A DNA stretch of 64,000 bases. Source: a virus. Lineage: Duplodnaviria > Caudoviricetes. The notes below the pieces were generated by a model. It was not told the origin of the DNA. It did no database searches and was given only the letters and a program-made list of their open reading frames with translations. Both the position numbers and the translations under genes were made by a program. Location: positions 1 through 64,000 of the IMG/VR virus record IMGVR_UViG_3300025030_001449; one strand, given 5' to 3'. This document shows, in pieces, positions 51,111-61,457 of the stretch. How positions within the stretch are numbered: position 1 is the first letter of the stretch; each line of letters starts with the position of its first letter.

Positions 51111-52073
51111 TTATAAAAATAAATCATATAATCTAAACAATTTTCTTCTTAATTTTTCTCCCTGTTTATTAATAAATAATTGATATTTTTTCATTAGGGA
51201 ATTAACTTGTTCTTCTGTTAAAATATTATATCCAATATCCAATCTATTTGTTGAGGTTAATTTAAAAAAATTCCATAAATATTTAATTTTGTCAATTAAA
51301 TTTAATTTTATTATATAATTTTTAGATTCTTCCATAATTGTAAAAAATATTCTTTTATCATAATTATCAACACCTTTTAAATTACTATTATCAAATTCTT
51401 TAAAAATATTATAATGAATCATAATTATTGAAGTTTTATACCCATCCGTATTTTTAATATATTCTGAAAACCAATTATTAAATTGTTGATTATTTTTAAT
51501 CATTCCCTTTGTCCATCCTTGTTGTTCTAATAGTGATTTTAATTCTCCATATATTCCAGACACCTTAGAATTAATTTCGCTTTCTATTGATCTGTCCAAA
51601 ATATCTACAAATTTATCTACAACTTCTCTATTTTTTTTAATAAATCTTCTTGAAAAATTTGATGCCTCTATTGGTCTTAATCTATCTGCTGTTTTCCTTT
51701 TTCCAAGCATAAAAAATTGTAATGCATGATTAACTTCATGGGGTATATCTTCTAATAAATTATTATTAATAATATTAAAAAATAATATGGTGTTATTATT
51801 TGTTTTTTTAGATTTTCTAATATCAAAATAACTCGCCTGACTTTTATCATTATAATCAATAATAATTTTATTTATTTTAACATTTTCTAATTCTGGCAAT
51901 TGATTCTTATTAATTGCGTATTGCCCATATTGTTTATCTTTTAAATAATTTATTAAAAATTTTGATAATATATCAACATCAATATTGGCCCCCAATTTTT
52001 CATTTAACATTTGAAATACCTTATCTTCTATAAACATTTTAAATTGTTGTTCATTTAATCTTATAATTTTCAT
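51111..52073 (-). CDS. leader-bearing putative zinc metalloprotease-like protein
   Basis: MKIIRLNEQQF leader; HEVNH (HExxH) and downstream E. Confidence 0.55.
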   Translation of the reverse strand: MKIIRLNEQQFKMFIEDKVFQMLNEKLGANIDVDILSKFLINYLKDKQYGQYAINKNQLPELENVKINKIIIDYNDKSQASYFDIRKSKKTNNNTILFFNIINNNLLEDIPHEVNHALQFFMLGKRKTADRLRPIEASNFSRRFIKKNREVVDKFVDILDRSIESEINSKVSGIYGELKSLLEQQGWTKGMIKNNQQFNNWFSEYIKNTDGYKTSIIMIHYNIFKEFDNSNLKGVDNYDKRIFFTIMEESKNYIIKLNLIDKIKYLWNFFKLTSTNRLDIGYNILTEEQVNSLMKKYQLFINKQGEKLRRKLFRLYDLFL

Positions 52074-52074
52074 A

Positions 52075-52557
52075 TTATGCACTTATTTCCTTAGACCATT
52101 TTTCTGACCATATTGTCCAATATGATTTTAATTTTTGAAGTGTTTCAATAACAGAATCTGTTAAATGTAATTGTTCTGATGTTATATAAACTGATTCTAT
52201 ATCATCTAATGAATAAATCCATGAAATATTTTCTTTTATAAGTTTACCACTCCACTCCACATTATCACCATAAATTTTAAATTCTCCATATTCAACTGGA
52301 GAAGAAACAGAAGATTCAAATTGTTCTTTTTCTTCTTGTAATTCTTCATCCGTTAATTCTTCATCATCTTCTCTTATAAGTGATTGTTGTTTTTCACCAA
52401 ATAAAAGATTATCTTCTTTTTTTTCATTGTTACTATCATTATAATCCTCTTTAATTAATTGAGATTGAGGTTGGTTTTTAGTTTTATTATATTCTTTCAT
52501 TTTTTTGATAAGAGATTTCATTTCATCATATCCATTAATGGTGTTAGTGTTTTTCAT
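52075..52557 (-). CDS. acidic late protein
   Basis: late promoter at 52576; LIKE/LIRE motifs. Confidence 0.65.
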   Translation of the reverse strand: MKNTNTINGYDEMKSLIKKMKEYNKTKNQPQSQLIKEDYNDSNNEKKEDNLLFGEKQQSLIREDDEELTDEELQEEKEQFESSVSSPVEYGEFKIYGDNVEWSGKLIKENISWIYSLDDIESVYITSEQLHLTDSVIETLQKLKSYWTIWSEKWSKEISA

Positions 52558-52672
52558 AATATTTTGTATTTTTTATATAAATATCCCTTAAAACTAAAAT
52601 AATTCATTTTTTATTTGGATATATCAAATATTTTACTTACCTTTGTATTATTAAACTTAAAACTTAAAAACA

Positions 52673-53149
52673 ATGAAAAACAAAATGATAACAAATCAAA
52701 CATTAAACGCAATTAAAGAAAACATAATTAATGGGGCCAAAGAAAATTTTATTAATGATGGATACCTTGCCCCTGTTGCCATTATTCTTCCCAAAATAGG
52801 CGAATTGAAAATGATTCTTTTAAATCTCTCCACCATTGAAGAAAAAGAAAAAACAGAGTTATTTCTTAAAGAATATGTTATAAATAATAATGCTTTAATG
52901 ATAATGACCATTTCGGAATGCTGGATGAAAAAAATGGATAAAAAAGAATTTGAACTTATTGGGGGGTCATTAAAAAATGTTGAGGATAAAACAGAGGGGG
53001 TTATTATTACATTTGAAACTGCATTTACCTGTGAATTAATTCAATTTGAAATTGATAAAGAAAAACAAATTTTACATAATGAAATGAGAAGCACAGAATA
53101 TGAAGGTAGATTTTCAAATATTCTCAAAAAACCAATAAATGAAAATTAA
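52673..53149 (+). CDS. hypothetical protein (counter-oriented, own early promoter)
   Basis: TTTG..TACCTTTG at 52614-52645. Confidence 0.7.
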   Translation: MKNKMITNQTLNAIKENIINGAKENFINDGYLAPVAIILPKIGELKMILLNLSTIEEKEKTELFLKEYVINNNALMIMTISECWMKKMDKKEFELIGGSLKNVEDKTEGVIITFETAFTCELIQFEIDKEKQILHNEMRSTEYEGRFSNILKKPINEN

Positions 53150-53150
53150 T

Positions 53151-53270
53151 CAATAGTTAAATTGGAAAGAAAATAAATGATATTGGGATTTTAAATGCTT
53201 ATTTTTTTAACTATTATTTATTTAAATCATCCACTATATAAATACCTGTTAAATAAGCAAAAGACTAATT
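53151..53270 (-). repeat. second copy of the 38321-38440 promoter + stem-loop element
   Basis: colinear identity incl. CAATAGTTAAATTG, TATTGGGATTTTAAAT, TTTAACTATT, TATAAATACCTG, GCAAAAG. Confidence 0.8.
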
Positions 53271-53290
53271 ATTTTTAAAAAAAATTTAGA

Positions 53291-54190
53291 TTAGAGTCCC
53301 TCTATTATTGTAGAAAATAATTGTGAAGTATCAATTACTTCTTTAATTTGTCTTACTTCATGTGTTGGCTCATTAAAGTTTGGTGAAAGTATTTCAAATT
53401 CATTAAATTGTTTATAAATATTCTCATCAAAATCATAAATTGTTCTCATCCCAGAACTTAAATCTTTAACTTGATTCCCATATAAACCTATGGCCAAAGT
53501 ATCAATAGAGTGTGAAGTTAATTCTACTTCGATCATCAATGGATTAAAGAAAGTATTTGATATAATTATATCAGTATTTGGTTGCCCTATAATTGGAATT
53601 GCATTGCTTTTTATGCTTGGTGCAGAACTCGGAGTTAATGTACAAAAAACTAAACTACCTGTAGAAGTAAAGCGATATTTCACTGCTTTTTGTGTAACTG
53701 TTTCCAAATTTTCGGTTACAGGCTCGCAACGATTATTCGATGTTATTATCCTAAATAAATTAGGAATTTTACTGCCATCTGGATTTAAATATTCGATCCT
53801 ATATCCAACTAATTGTTGATCAGAAAGTTTATTTTGAAAATCAGATAAATCAGATCTATTAGAATCTAAAATAATTCCTTTAACATCAGGAATTGAACTC
53901 AAATTTCCACAATCAACAATTTTTGTTTTAAATTCTTTTGGTCTTATAACAATATTATAAAATCCTTTTATATTGAAATTTGCTGCTGGTAATTTTAAGC
54001 CATATAAACCTCCCAATATTTGATTTGGTTGATCTGGGTGATTTACAGGAGTTAAAACATCATTTGGGTCCAATCTGTTCACAGAGCCCAGAATTACACT
54101 TTCTCTTGATGGGGAGAAAGTATAAAATATTTCTACGGATGAGATATCGGGATTTGCACTACGAATTACGCCATAAGATCCAGTTGACAT
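53291..54190 (-). CDS. putative structural protein
   Basis: late promoter at 54207; structural block. Confidence 0.6.
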   Translation of the reverse strand: MSTGSYGVIRSANPDISSVEIFYTFSPSRESVILGSVNRLDPNDVLTPVNHPDQPNQILGGLYGLKLPAANFNIKGFYNIVIRPKEFKTKIVDCGNLSSIPDVKGIILDSNRSDLSDFQNKLSDQQLVGYRIEYLNPDGSKIPNLFRIITSNNRCEPVTENLETVTQKAVKYRFTSTGSLVFCTLTPSSAPSIKSNAIPIIGQPNTDIIISNTFFNPLMIEVELTSHSIDTLAIGLYGNQVKDLSSGMRTIYDFDENIYKQFNEFEILSPNFNEPTHEVRQIKEVIDTSQLFSTIIEGL

Positions 54191-54228
54191 TTTAAGTATA
54201 TTTTTATATAAATATTATCTAAATTAAT

Positions 54229-55272
54229 TTATTGTTCTGAAATTATAAAATATTTTCTTTGATATTTTATTAAATGCCCCACCCCCATTATTTCTGCTAA
54301 TCTATAATGATTTTCAAAAACACTCAATTCGTTTCTATCAATAAAAATATCACTATCTATTTTAGGTAATTGAACCAACCCCATTTTAATTTCTTCTTTT
54401 ATTGCTGGAAGTAAAGTGGTATTATATATATTCCAACCAGAAAATACGGTTATATTTGATGGAAGAAAATCAGATGGTATTTTAAAATTTGTTTCATTAT
54501 TATCTATAAATGTTTTATAATCGATTGGGGTAAGAGTATAGTCAATAAATCCTCTGTTAGTATTGATATCTGTTCCACTAAATCTTACCCACTTATTTCC
54601 CGGTTCTGGTTTATTTACAATAAATGGATCAAGTAATTGAAATCTTTTTACTTCATTTAATTTACTGTCGGTTTCACCTGTTATAACATAATTTTGATTT
54701 GTAATAAAATCACTTAATTGAAAATTTTGTGATATCCCTGTTGTTATAATTATTCCAGAACCACTATTATCAGTACCACTATATTCTGATAAAATAACAT
54801 CAGTTATTTGCCCAGTAGTAATATTTACTATATCAGCAAAATTTAACCCAGGAATTGATTTATTTATTTTATATACTGTTTTATCAAAATTGGGATTTGG
54901 TTTTGGCATAATCATCTGTACAATAACAGTATCTATTATATTACCAAAAGATATATTTAATTCTGTTCCTATTTGTATTTCAGGAAATAAAACTGAATTA
55001 TCTTCAATTCTTATAAAAAAATTACCAAATACCCCCAGATACATACCAATATCTGAAAATATCTGACCATCACCTTTTGCCAGTTGATTACAATTACCAA
55101 ATATTTCCTTATTAATTTCTTCAGTTATATCAGTATAAAGTCCAATATTATCATATGATTGTTTTAAAAATATTCCAATCTTCAAATCTGGTTGAATAAA
55201 ATTTGGTGGAAATATTGTATTCCCAGATATTGTTAAACCATTTAATATTATTTTTCTTTTTATAAGTTCCAT
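54229..55272 (-). CDS. putative structural protein
   Basis: structural block; S/T-G motifs. Confidence 0.6.
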   Translation of the reverse strand: MELIKRKIILNGLTISGNTIFPPNFIQPDLKIGIFLKQSYDNIGLYTDITEEINKEIFGNCNQLAKGDGQIFSDIGMYLGVFGNFFIRIEDNSVLFPEIQIGTELNISFGNIIDTVIVQMIMPKPNPNFDKTVYKINKSIPGLNFADIVNITTGQITDVILSEYSGTDNSGSGIIITTGISQNFQLSDFITNQNYVITGETDSKLNEVKRFQLLDPFIVNKPEPGNKWVRFSGTDINTNRGFIDYTLTPIDYKTFIDNNETNFKIPSDFLPSNITVFSGWNIYNTTLLPAIKEEIKMGLVQLPKIDSDIFIDRNELSVFENHYRLAEIMGVGHLIKYQRKYFIISEQ

Positions 55273-55275
55273 TTT

Positions 55276-56022
55276 TTAATTATTGTCTATTACAACTTCA
55301 ATTATTGTCAAACGACTTACTGGTTTACTTTGAAAAGTAGATTGAACAGCATCTATAATTTCATAAGTATTATTTTTATTAAATATAAATTTAAAATATA
55401 AAAATTCATCTTTATAATCATTAGCATTAACTTTACCAGAACCACTTTTTACAGGATTAAAAAAGGATATTCTTTTCCCTGTTTTAGCATTAAAAAAAGT
55501 TAATTTCATAAAAATATCTTTTGGAAAATCAATATCTTTTAAATAATATAAAAAATAACCCTCATCTCCAGGATTAATTAAAAATCTGGATATAATTGAT
55601 ATTCTGTCTATATTTTGATTAATAGGTATTGTAGGAATAATGGTACTAAATAATTTAGTTTGTGTTCTTGAATCCATTGAATCATAAAAATCCATCACAT
55701 AAAAACTATTTGAAAATACCTTTTTTAATCTGTCATCATTTGAAGTTCCATCAGTGTTAAAACCAATATATTTATAATCAAGATAAAAAGTTTCAGTATC
55801 ACAATCATAAAAATTAATACGGAATTGAATTGGTTTTGGAAATAAAATAGGTGAATATCTAACTTTTTCTAAATCTTTATTTATATTTACAGATTTTCTC
55901 TTTTCTTTTCTTATAAGTTCTTCAATTATTTCTGAATTATCCATCGGGTCAAATTCCAAATTTAATGGAATTATTATATTTGTATCTCCACTTGCGGTTA
56001 ATATTTTATATTTTAAACTCAT
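55276..56022 (-). CDS. putative structural protein
   Basis: structural block; FFNAKTG motif. Confidence 0.6.
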   Translation of the reverse strand: MSLKYKILTASGDTNIIIPLNLEFDPMDNSEIIEELIRKEKRKSVNINKDLEKVRYSPILFPKPIQFRINFYDCDTETFYLDYKYIGFNTDGTSNDDRLKKVFSNSFYVMDFYDSMDSRTQTKLFSTIIPTIPINQNIDRISIISRFLINPGDEGYFLYYLKDIDFPKDIFMKLTFFNAKTGKRISFFNPVKSGSGKVNANDYKDEFLYFKFIFNKNNTYEIIDAVQSTFQSKPVSRLTIIEVVIDNN

Positions 56023-56028
56023 GTTAAA

Positions 56029-58074
56029 TTAACATTTTTTTGGATCATTATTATCAGTTTGATTTTTATTTTCCTCATCTTTGGAACTTGTTCCTGGGCC
56101 ACTTGGCCCTGGTTCGGGTGTAGATTTATCACCTTCTGCAATACATTTATCTTTTGCATCCAATGGGGACCCCGTTCCACTTCCAAATTTATTGGTAACT
56201 TCAATTGTAGTAGAATCAATTGGTTTTATTGTCATAAACTTCCCACCACCAAAATCAACATTATTAATTGGTGATACCTTTCTCACATATAAATTATAAT
56301 TATCATATAAATAATGATGATCATTAATAAATGGATAATCAACACCATCTCCATCTTCTATTTGACCAATATCTAATAAATCTTTCCATTTCATATTTCC
56401 CTCATTATCTACTTTACTTGCATAAGTTGGAATTCCAATTGTTGTCCCAGTATTTCCTATTTCAATATTGCTAGAAAATTTTTTAATATCTATTTTATAA
56501 AATGGTTTATAATATTTTATGCTTCCAGTTTCTAAATAAACAATAATATTATCAATAACAACAGAATCTCTAGAAATCCCATTACTATTAAAAGTAAAAT
56601 CAAATCCCAAATTTCCGTTTTCTGTACATTGTAAAACCTCTGTATATGTTCCAACTAATGTTCTAATAGTACCTAGGTTATTACCACATTTTACTCTTAC
56701 TTCTAATTGTCCATATGATGGATTTGGAACGCTAGTTATATCAAAACTAATTGTATAAAATTTATCTATTTCTAGTTTATTAATACTAACAGAACCTGCC
56801 CAAATTCCCGATGTATTACCATATATATAAAATAATGAATTATTAAGTATTAATATAGTATTTAATGATGTGACTGGATTCAATAATTTCAACCACCCCT
56901 TATCATAATTATTATCAAAACTATCTTCAAATATAAGATCACCACATTCATTATATCCAAATTTATGAAATCTTGTACTGACAATTTCTTGAGTTAACAA
57001 ATTATGATCAAATAATACTTCATCCCCAATATATGATTCTCCTATATTTTTTGTAAAATTACTAACTGAATCAGTATAAACCCTATTAAATCCTTCTTCT
57101 AACTCAATCATTTTTGTTGATCCAGATTTAACAATACCTAAATATAAGTCTGAAATTGGTCTTCCCAAATAATCTTTTAATCCAGATATTTCAATATCCT
57201 TATTAAAAATAAATTGAACGATTTGATCATTAAAAATATTTTTTTCAAACCCAGATTTAAAAACACTATAATCATTAACATCTGTTAATATTTTAAATAA
57301 TCTTCTGTATTTCTTTTTTGATAAACTTTTAGTTTTTATAACTATATTATCAATATCTAAATCATTTCCTATCCCATTTTGAAAACTAAAAGCTATAACA
57401 TTATTAAATGTAGGAATTAATCTTTCGCTATATACTCCATTTGCACTTCTAAAAGTTCCAACAGTATTTCCAAATCGCACTCTTACTCTTCCATTATTTT
57501 TAAGATTTTTTACTTCATATGTGATTTCATATTCTATATCAATATCAATAATGTTTTCTATTACAGCAATAGGACTATTATTAACTCCACTATATCTCAT
57601 TACTCCGTCAATTATTTGTAATGCCGATGTATTTTGTCCAGCAAATCCCCACCCTTTATTGACATTATTATAAAATGTATCTTCAAAAATAATTTCATCA
57701 AATCCATCGCTTATTGTATCAGAACTAAAAGGATAAAGAATCTGTATTACCCAATTATTCTTGTCTAATAAAGTAATATCATTATTTGATATTTCTTTAA
57801 ATTTTTTAGTAAAAAATATAGTATCCTCTGGGCTTGATGAATTAATATTAGTAATTTTTGTAATTTCATCATATGTTAATAAATTTATTTTACCATATAT
57901 TCTATATTGTGTTGACCTTTGCCTTTCAATATTAAATTGTTCATCAAGATTAAATAATGAATTAATATCCCCCTCTCTTAATAATCTATTTTTACTTTCA
58001 AGATTTAATTTAATTTGAAAATCTTGATCCGTAGATAATAAATGTTTTTTACTGGATAATAGATGCTGAGTCAT
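56029..58074 (-). CDS. putative structural protein with two inserted beta-sandwich (CBM-like) modules
   Basis: two paralogous segments IFED.F.NN..KGW...VRV..GN..GT.R...G.Y.E...IDNI. Confidence 0.6.
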   Translation of the reverse strand: MTQHLLSSKKHLLSTDQDFQIKLNLESKNRLLREGDINSLFNLDEQFNIERQRSTQYRIYGKINLLTYDEITKITNINSSSPEDTIFFTKKFKEISNNDITLLDKNNWVIQILYPFSSDTISDGFDEIIFEDTFYNNVNKGWGFAGQNTSALQIIDGVMRYSGVNNSPIAVIENIIDIDIEYEITYEVKNLKNNGRVRVRFGNTVGTFRSANGVYSERLIPTFNNVIAFSFQNGIGNDLDIDNIVIKTKSLSKKKYRRLFKILTDVNDYSVFKSGFEKNIFNDQIVQFIFNKDIEISGLKDYLGRPISDLYLGIVKSGSTKMIELEEGFNRVYTDSVSNFTKNIGESYIGDEVLFDHNLLTQEIVSTRFHKFGYNECGDLIFEDSFDNNYDKGWLKLLNPVTSLNTILILNNSLFYIYGNTSGIWAGSVSINKLEIDKFYTISFDITSVPNPSYGQLEVRVKCGNNLGTIRTLVGTYTEVLQCTENGNLGFDFTFNSNGISRDSVVIDNIIVYLETGSIKYYKPFYKIDIKKFSSNIEIGNTGTTIGIPTYASKVDNEGNMKWKDLLDIGQIEDGDGVDYPFINDHHYLYDNYNLYVRKVSPINNVDFGGGKFMTIKPIDSTTIEVTNKFGSGTGSPLDAKDKCIAEGDKSTPEPGPSGPGTSSKDEENKNQTDNNDPKKC

Positions 58075-60305
58075 TATGAAAAAAATTTTTGTTTAACTAA
58101 ATCTAAAGAATTCGTGGTTCCTCCACCCATTCCAAAATAAAAATAAAAAGAAAATTTTGAATTATTGGTAGAATTATATAATGTTTTCATATTACTACCT
58201 TTATGTGTAATAGATGAATCATAATTACCTCCACCATTATTTTCACACAGCCATTTTCTAATATTATCATCAAAAGTTTCTGATGTTATATCTCCATTTG
58301 AATTTATAGTTATTTCTTGTCCAATTTCACAAGTTCTTGTAATTATTTCTTCTCTTCCAGATTTTACTATTTGACCACTAATGCCTGTTCCATCAATATC
58401 GGTATTGGTCTCAAAAAATCCTTCATTTTCATAACCTGGCAATTTATAACTGCTGTATGGTAATTTATCAAATAAAAATAAAGCATCTGGATTACTAAAT
58501 TCTTCTGTATCTTTAGTTATACTACCCAAATCAGTTATATTTGTTGCAAATAAAAAAACATTTGGGGCAGAACCCGCATGAGAAGCATAAAATGGATTTG
58601 TACCTCCTGGAACCCAATCAATAAAACCACCATTAGGACCAAAATTATATTGAGTGGCAGAATTGTTTTCAGTAAATCCAGAGTTATCTATGATAAACTT
58701 ATAACCTTGGGGAGATCGGAAACTAAACCATGAGTTCGCATCACTACCATTAGATGGAAGTGTTTTAAAAATAAATGAATATAATGAACCATTAACCCAA
58801 TTATTATAAAAATCATAAGATTTTTCATAACTCTCACTTATAAATTCACTAAGAGAATCATTTACAATAGCGCCTGCATCATATTTAAATGCAACATATG
58901 TTGGAATTGAATATCTGATATTATCCTTTATTCCTGTTAAATTAGTATTAATTCTATTAAATGGAAATTTTAATGACCAAGGGCACTCATTGCCTCTTTG
59001 AATTCCTAAAAACCTTCTTATTCGTATTAAATTGCTTGAACCATTATATCTAGGAATATATTGCCTAACAGTATATAATCTTTTCCATTTCATTCTATAA
59101 TACTCTGCGTCATTCTCCCCAAAATGATTACCCATATTTGGGATGCGATAATATCCAAATCTTTTATCCCCAATTAAATCATTCGGATGATTTTTTTCAA
59201 ATCTTATTACAAATCTAACATCTATCTCTGTGGGAAGACCTTTAAATACATCTGATGAATCCACTAATTTACCAAATTCATCTGTAAATTTTCTAGATCT
59301 ATTCATTGGTATAGAAAATGCCCAGTCTCCATGTCTTCCATTTATGCCAAAATCTTGGGTAGGAAGAGATTCTATAGTACCATCTTCTAATTTTGTTGCA
59401 GCAAATACCTTACCAAAACGAGGATCTGGATGAATATGGCATGCATTATTTCTTTCCCCCCATTTATCTGCGTCCGGTTGAAATACGTCTCCATCTGTTT
59501 CAATATAATTATTCTCATGATCAGCATAAATGCTACCAAAAAATATGGAACTTGGTGTTATTTCAAAATTTTGAATATCAAAATCTGTTCTGACAATTCC
59601 TATTTCACATTGTTCTGAATTACCCCAAAATGGTAATATTTCCACAGATTTATTCTGTGTAACTATTTGTGTTAATTCATTTAAATTTGTTGATTTTTTA
59701 AACCTTGTATTACTTTCAAATAAATTTTCACTATATCCTTTTTCAATTAATTCAGATGGAGTTGAACTGACAAAACCAATATCACTAAAATCCACATCCA
59801 TATGAATTGTGTGTGTACCAACTGGAATCCCCATTATCATATAATCCCCAGAACTATTTGTTGTTGTAGTAAATTTATAATATTTTTCATATACTTCCAA
59901 AACAAGGTCATTGTCCAAAATTTCTCTTTTTGACGGAAATGTTCCAACTGGTTGATGAGTTGTTCTTTGTTTTTCTTTGGATAATAAATTATATCTTATG
60001 CCATCTTCATTTTTATCTGTAACCCCTTTATATGGATATAAAAAATTAATTAATTGATTATTTTCATCTTCTTCTGATAATGGAATAAAAACAGATATTT
60101 TACAATTTGGAATACCAAAACTTTTTGTTGAAACTCTTCCCACAATACAGCCATAATCTGCACACATGCTTCTAAAAACATCTTCTTGTCTTAATTTTAT
60201 AGATAATATATCTAAAGTATCAAAATCACTTGTTAGATATACCTTAATATATTTATCTGGACCATTTGGGGTGGTCCTGATTCTTATGGATTTATTTTCC
60301 TTCAT
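58074..60305 (-). CDS. large putative baseplate/tail structural protein
   Basis: late promoter at 60324; YKFTTTTN.SGDYMI.G.P.G transthyretin/Ig-like segment. Confidence 0.6.
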   Translation of the reverse strand: MKENKSIRIRTTPNGPDKYIKVYLTSDFDTLDILSIKLRQEDVFRSMCADYGCIVGRVSTKSFGIPNCKISVFIPLSEEDENNQLINFLYPYKGVTDKNEDGIRYNLLSKEKQRTTHQPVGTFPSKREILDNDLVLEVYEKYYKFTTTTNSSGDYMIMGIPVGTHTIHMDVDFSDIGFVSSTPSELIEKGYSENLFESNTRFKKSTNLNELTQIVTQNKSVEILPFWGNSEQCEIGIVRTDFDIQNFEITPSSIFFGSIYADHENNYIETDGDVFQPDADKWGERNNACHIHPDPRFGKVFAATKLEDGTIESLPTQDFGINGRHGDWAFSIPMNRSRKFTDEFGKLVDSSDVFKGLPTEIDVRFVIRFEKNHPNDLIGDKRFGYYRIPNMGNHFGENDAEYYRMKWKRLYTVRQYIPRYNGSSNLIRIRRFLGIQRGNECPWSLKFPFNRINTNLTGIKDNIRYSIPTYVAFKYDAGAIVNDSLSEFISESYEKSYDFYNNWVNGSLYSFIFKTLPSNGSDANSWFSFRSPQGYKFIIDNSGFTENNSATQYNFGPNGGFIDWVPGGTNPFYASHAGSAPNVFLFATNITDLGSITKDTEEFSNPDALFLFDKLPYSSYKLPGYENEGFFETNTDIDGTGISGQIVKSGREEIITRTCEIGQEITINSNGDITSETFDDNIRKWLCENNGGGNYDSSITHKGSNMKTLYNSTNNSKFSFYFYFGMGGGTTNSLDLVKQKFFS

Positions 60306-60360
60306 ATATGATTGTTTTTTATATATAAATATTTCAAATTTAATAATTTTTAATAAGGAC

Positions 60361-60414
60361 TATTGACTTTTTCAAATATTATGTTTATCTTTGTATTATA
60401 TATTAAAAAAATAA
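60361..60414 (+). repeat. 54-bp perfect inverted repeat, left copy (contains TTGA...TATCTTTG promoter)
   Basis: reverse complement of 62283-62336, checked base by base. Confidence 0.9.
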
Positions 60415-60471
60415 AGAACAATAAAATGAAATTTTTATTGCTATTCTATAATTTTTAAAATTAAATAAATT

Positions 60472-60783
60472 ATGAAGAATATATTAAATAAAATTGGAAT
60501 GTTTTTGACCAAAAAACTTCATTTATTGTTAGTTGTTTGTAATTTTTTTAAAAAAACAGTTTATTTCTTTGACACATATTTTAAAAAGATACAGTACAAA
60601 CAATTTACAGAGTTATATTTAGAAACAATTTCTCACTCGACATCTTTAAGTATGTTGGTATATACTGACAAACCAGACAAAGAAAAAATAGAAGAGATAA
60701 GAAAAATGAGTGATGATTTTGTTAAACTTACACAGAAATATTCAAAAAAATACAACTTACCAAAATCTATATTACCTTCCTGA
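60472..60783 (+). CDS. hypothetical protein
   Basis: downstream of left-repeat promoter. Confidence 0.55.
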   Translation: MKNILNKIGMFLTKKLHLLLVVCNFFKKTVYFFDTYFKKIQYKQFTELYLETISHSTSLSMLVYTDKPDKEKIEEIRKMSDDFVKLTQKYSKKYNLPKSILPS

Positions 60784-61056
60784 CAAGTAAACGTATACAA
60801 AGTTTCCTTCATCATCATTATTATCACTTATTGCTAGACCCCTGACAGTAATGTTTTCCTTAATTTTCTTTGATTCTTCTATTGTTGAACATTCTATTAC
60901 AGTTTTTGGATCTGGCAATTTATTATATTCATCAATATTGTTAGATAAACTTATTTTCCAAGTTCTCTGTACTTGACCTATTTTATGATGATTATGAATA
61001 AATCCCACCAGGACCAATAAATTATAATTCATATTACTTTTTTTATTCAGGGACAC
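60772..61056 (-). CDS. hypothetical protein
   Basis: ORF overlapping lipoprotein gene. Confidence 0.45.
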   Translation of the reverse strand: MSLNKKSNMNYNLLVLVGFIHNHHKIGQVQRTWKISLSNNIDEYNKLPDPKTVIECSTIEESKKIKENITVRGLAISDNNDDEGNFVYVYLSGR

Positions 61057-61316
61057 GGATATTCTCCATCACATTTTTTACATTTATAATCATATTCTTT
61101 TTGTCGATGAGTCCATTCTATTAATTCTTGTTCAGTTTGTGATTCATGACGTTGAATCTCAATACTTGACCCACTACCGTGACTTAATTTACCATCAGTA
61201 CAAAAGGTTAACCAATATCCATCCTTTTCACATATATAACATACTTTTTTAACACATCCTGGACTAATAATCAAAATAATTATCAACCCTGAAAACAAGA
61301 TTTTTATTTTTTTCAT
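61047..61316 (-). CDS. Cys-rich lipoprotein
   Basis: MKKIK-hydrophobic-SPGC lipobox-like; C..C pairs. Confidence 0.65.
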   Translation of the reverse strand: MKKIKILFSGLIIILIISPGCVKKVCYICEKDGYWLTFCTDGKLSHGSGSSIEIQRHESQTEQELIEWTHRQKEYDYKCKKCDGEYPCP

Positions 61317-61457
61317 AACAATAGGATATTATAATTATTAATTGACAAAGTAATTCATTATTTGTGAATTATCAAAATAAAATATTATTTTTGTAAGATT
61401 TATTTTATTCTTTTATGTTTCGAAATTACAAACTCACTCAAAAAAACATATTAGACT

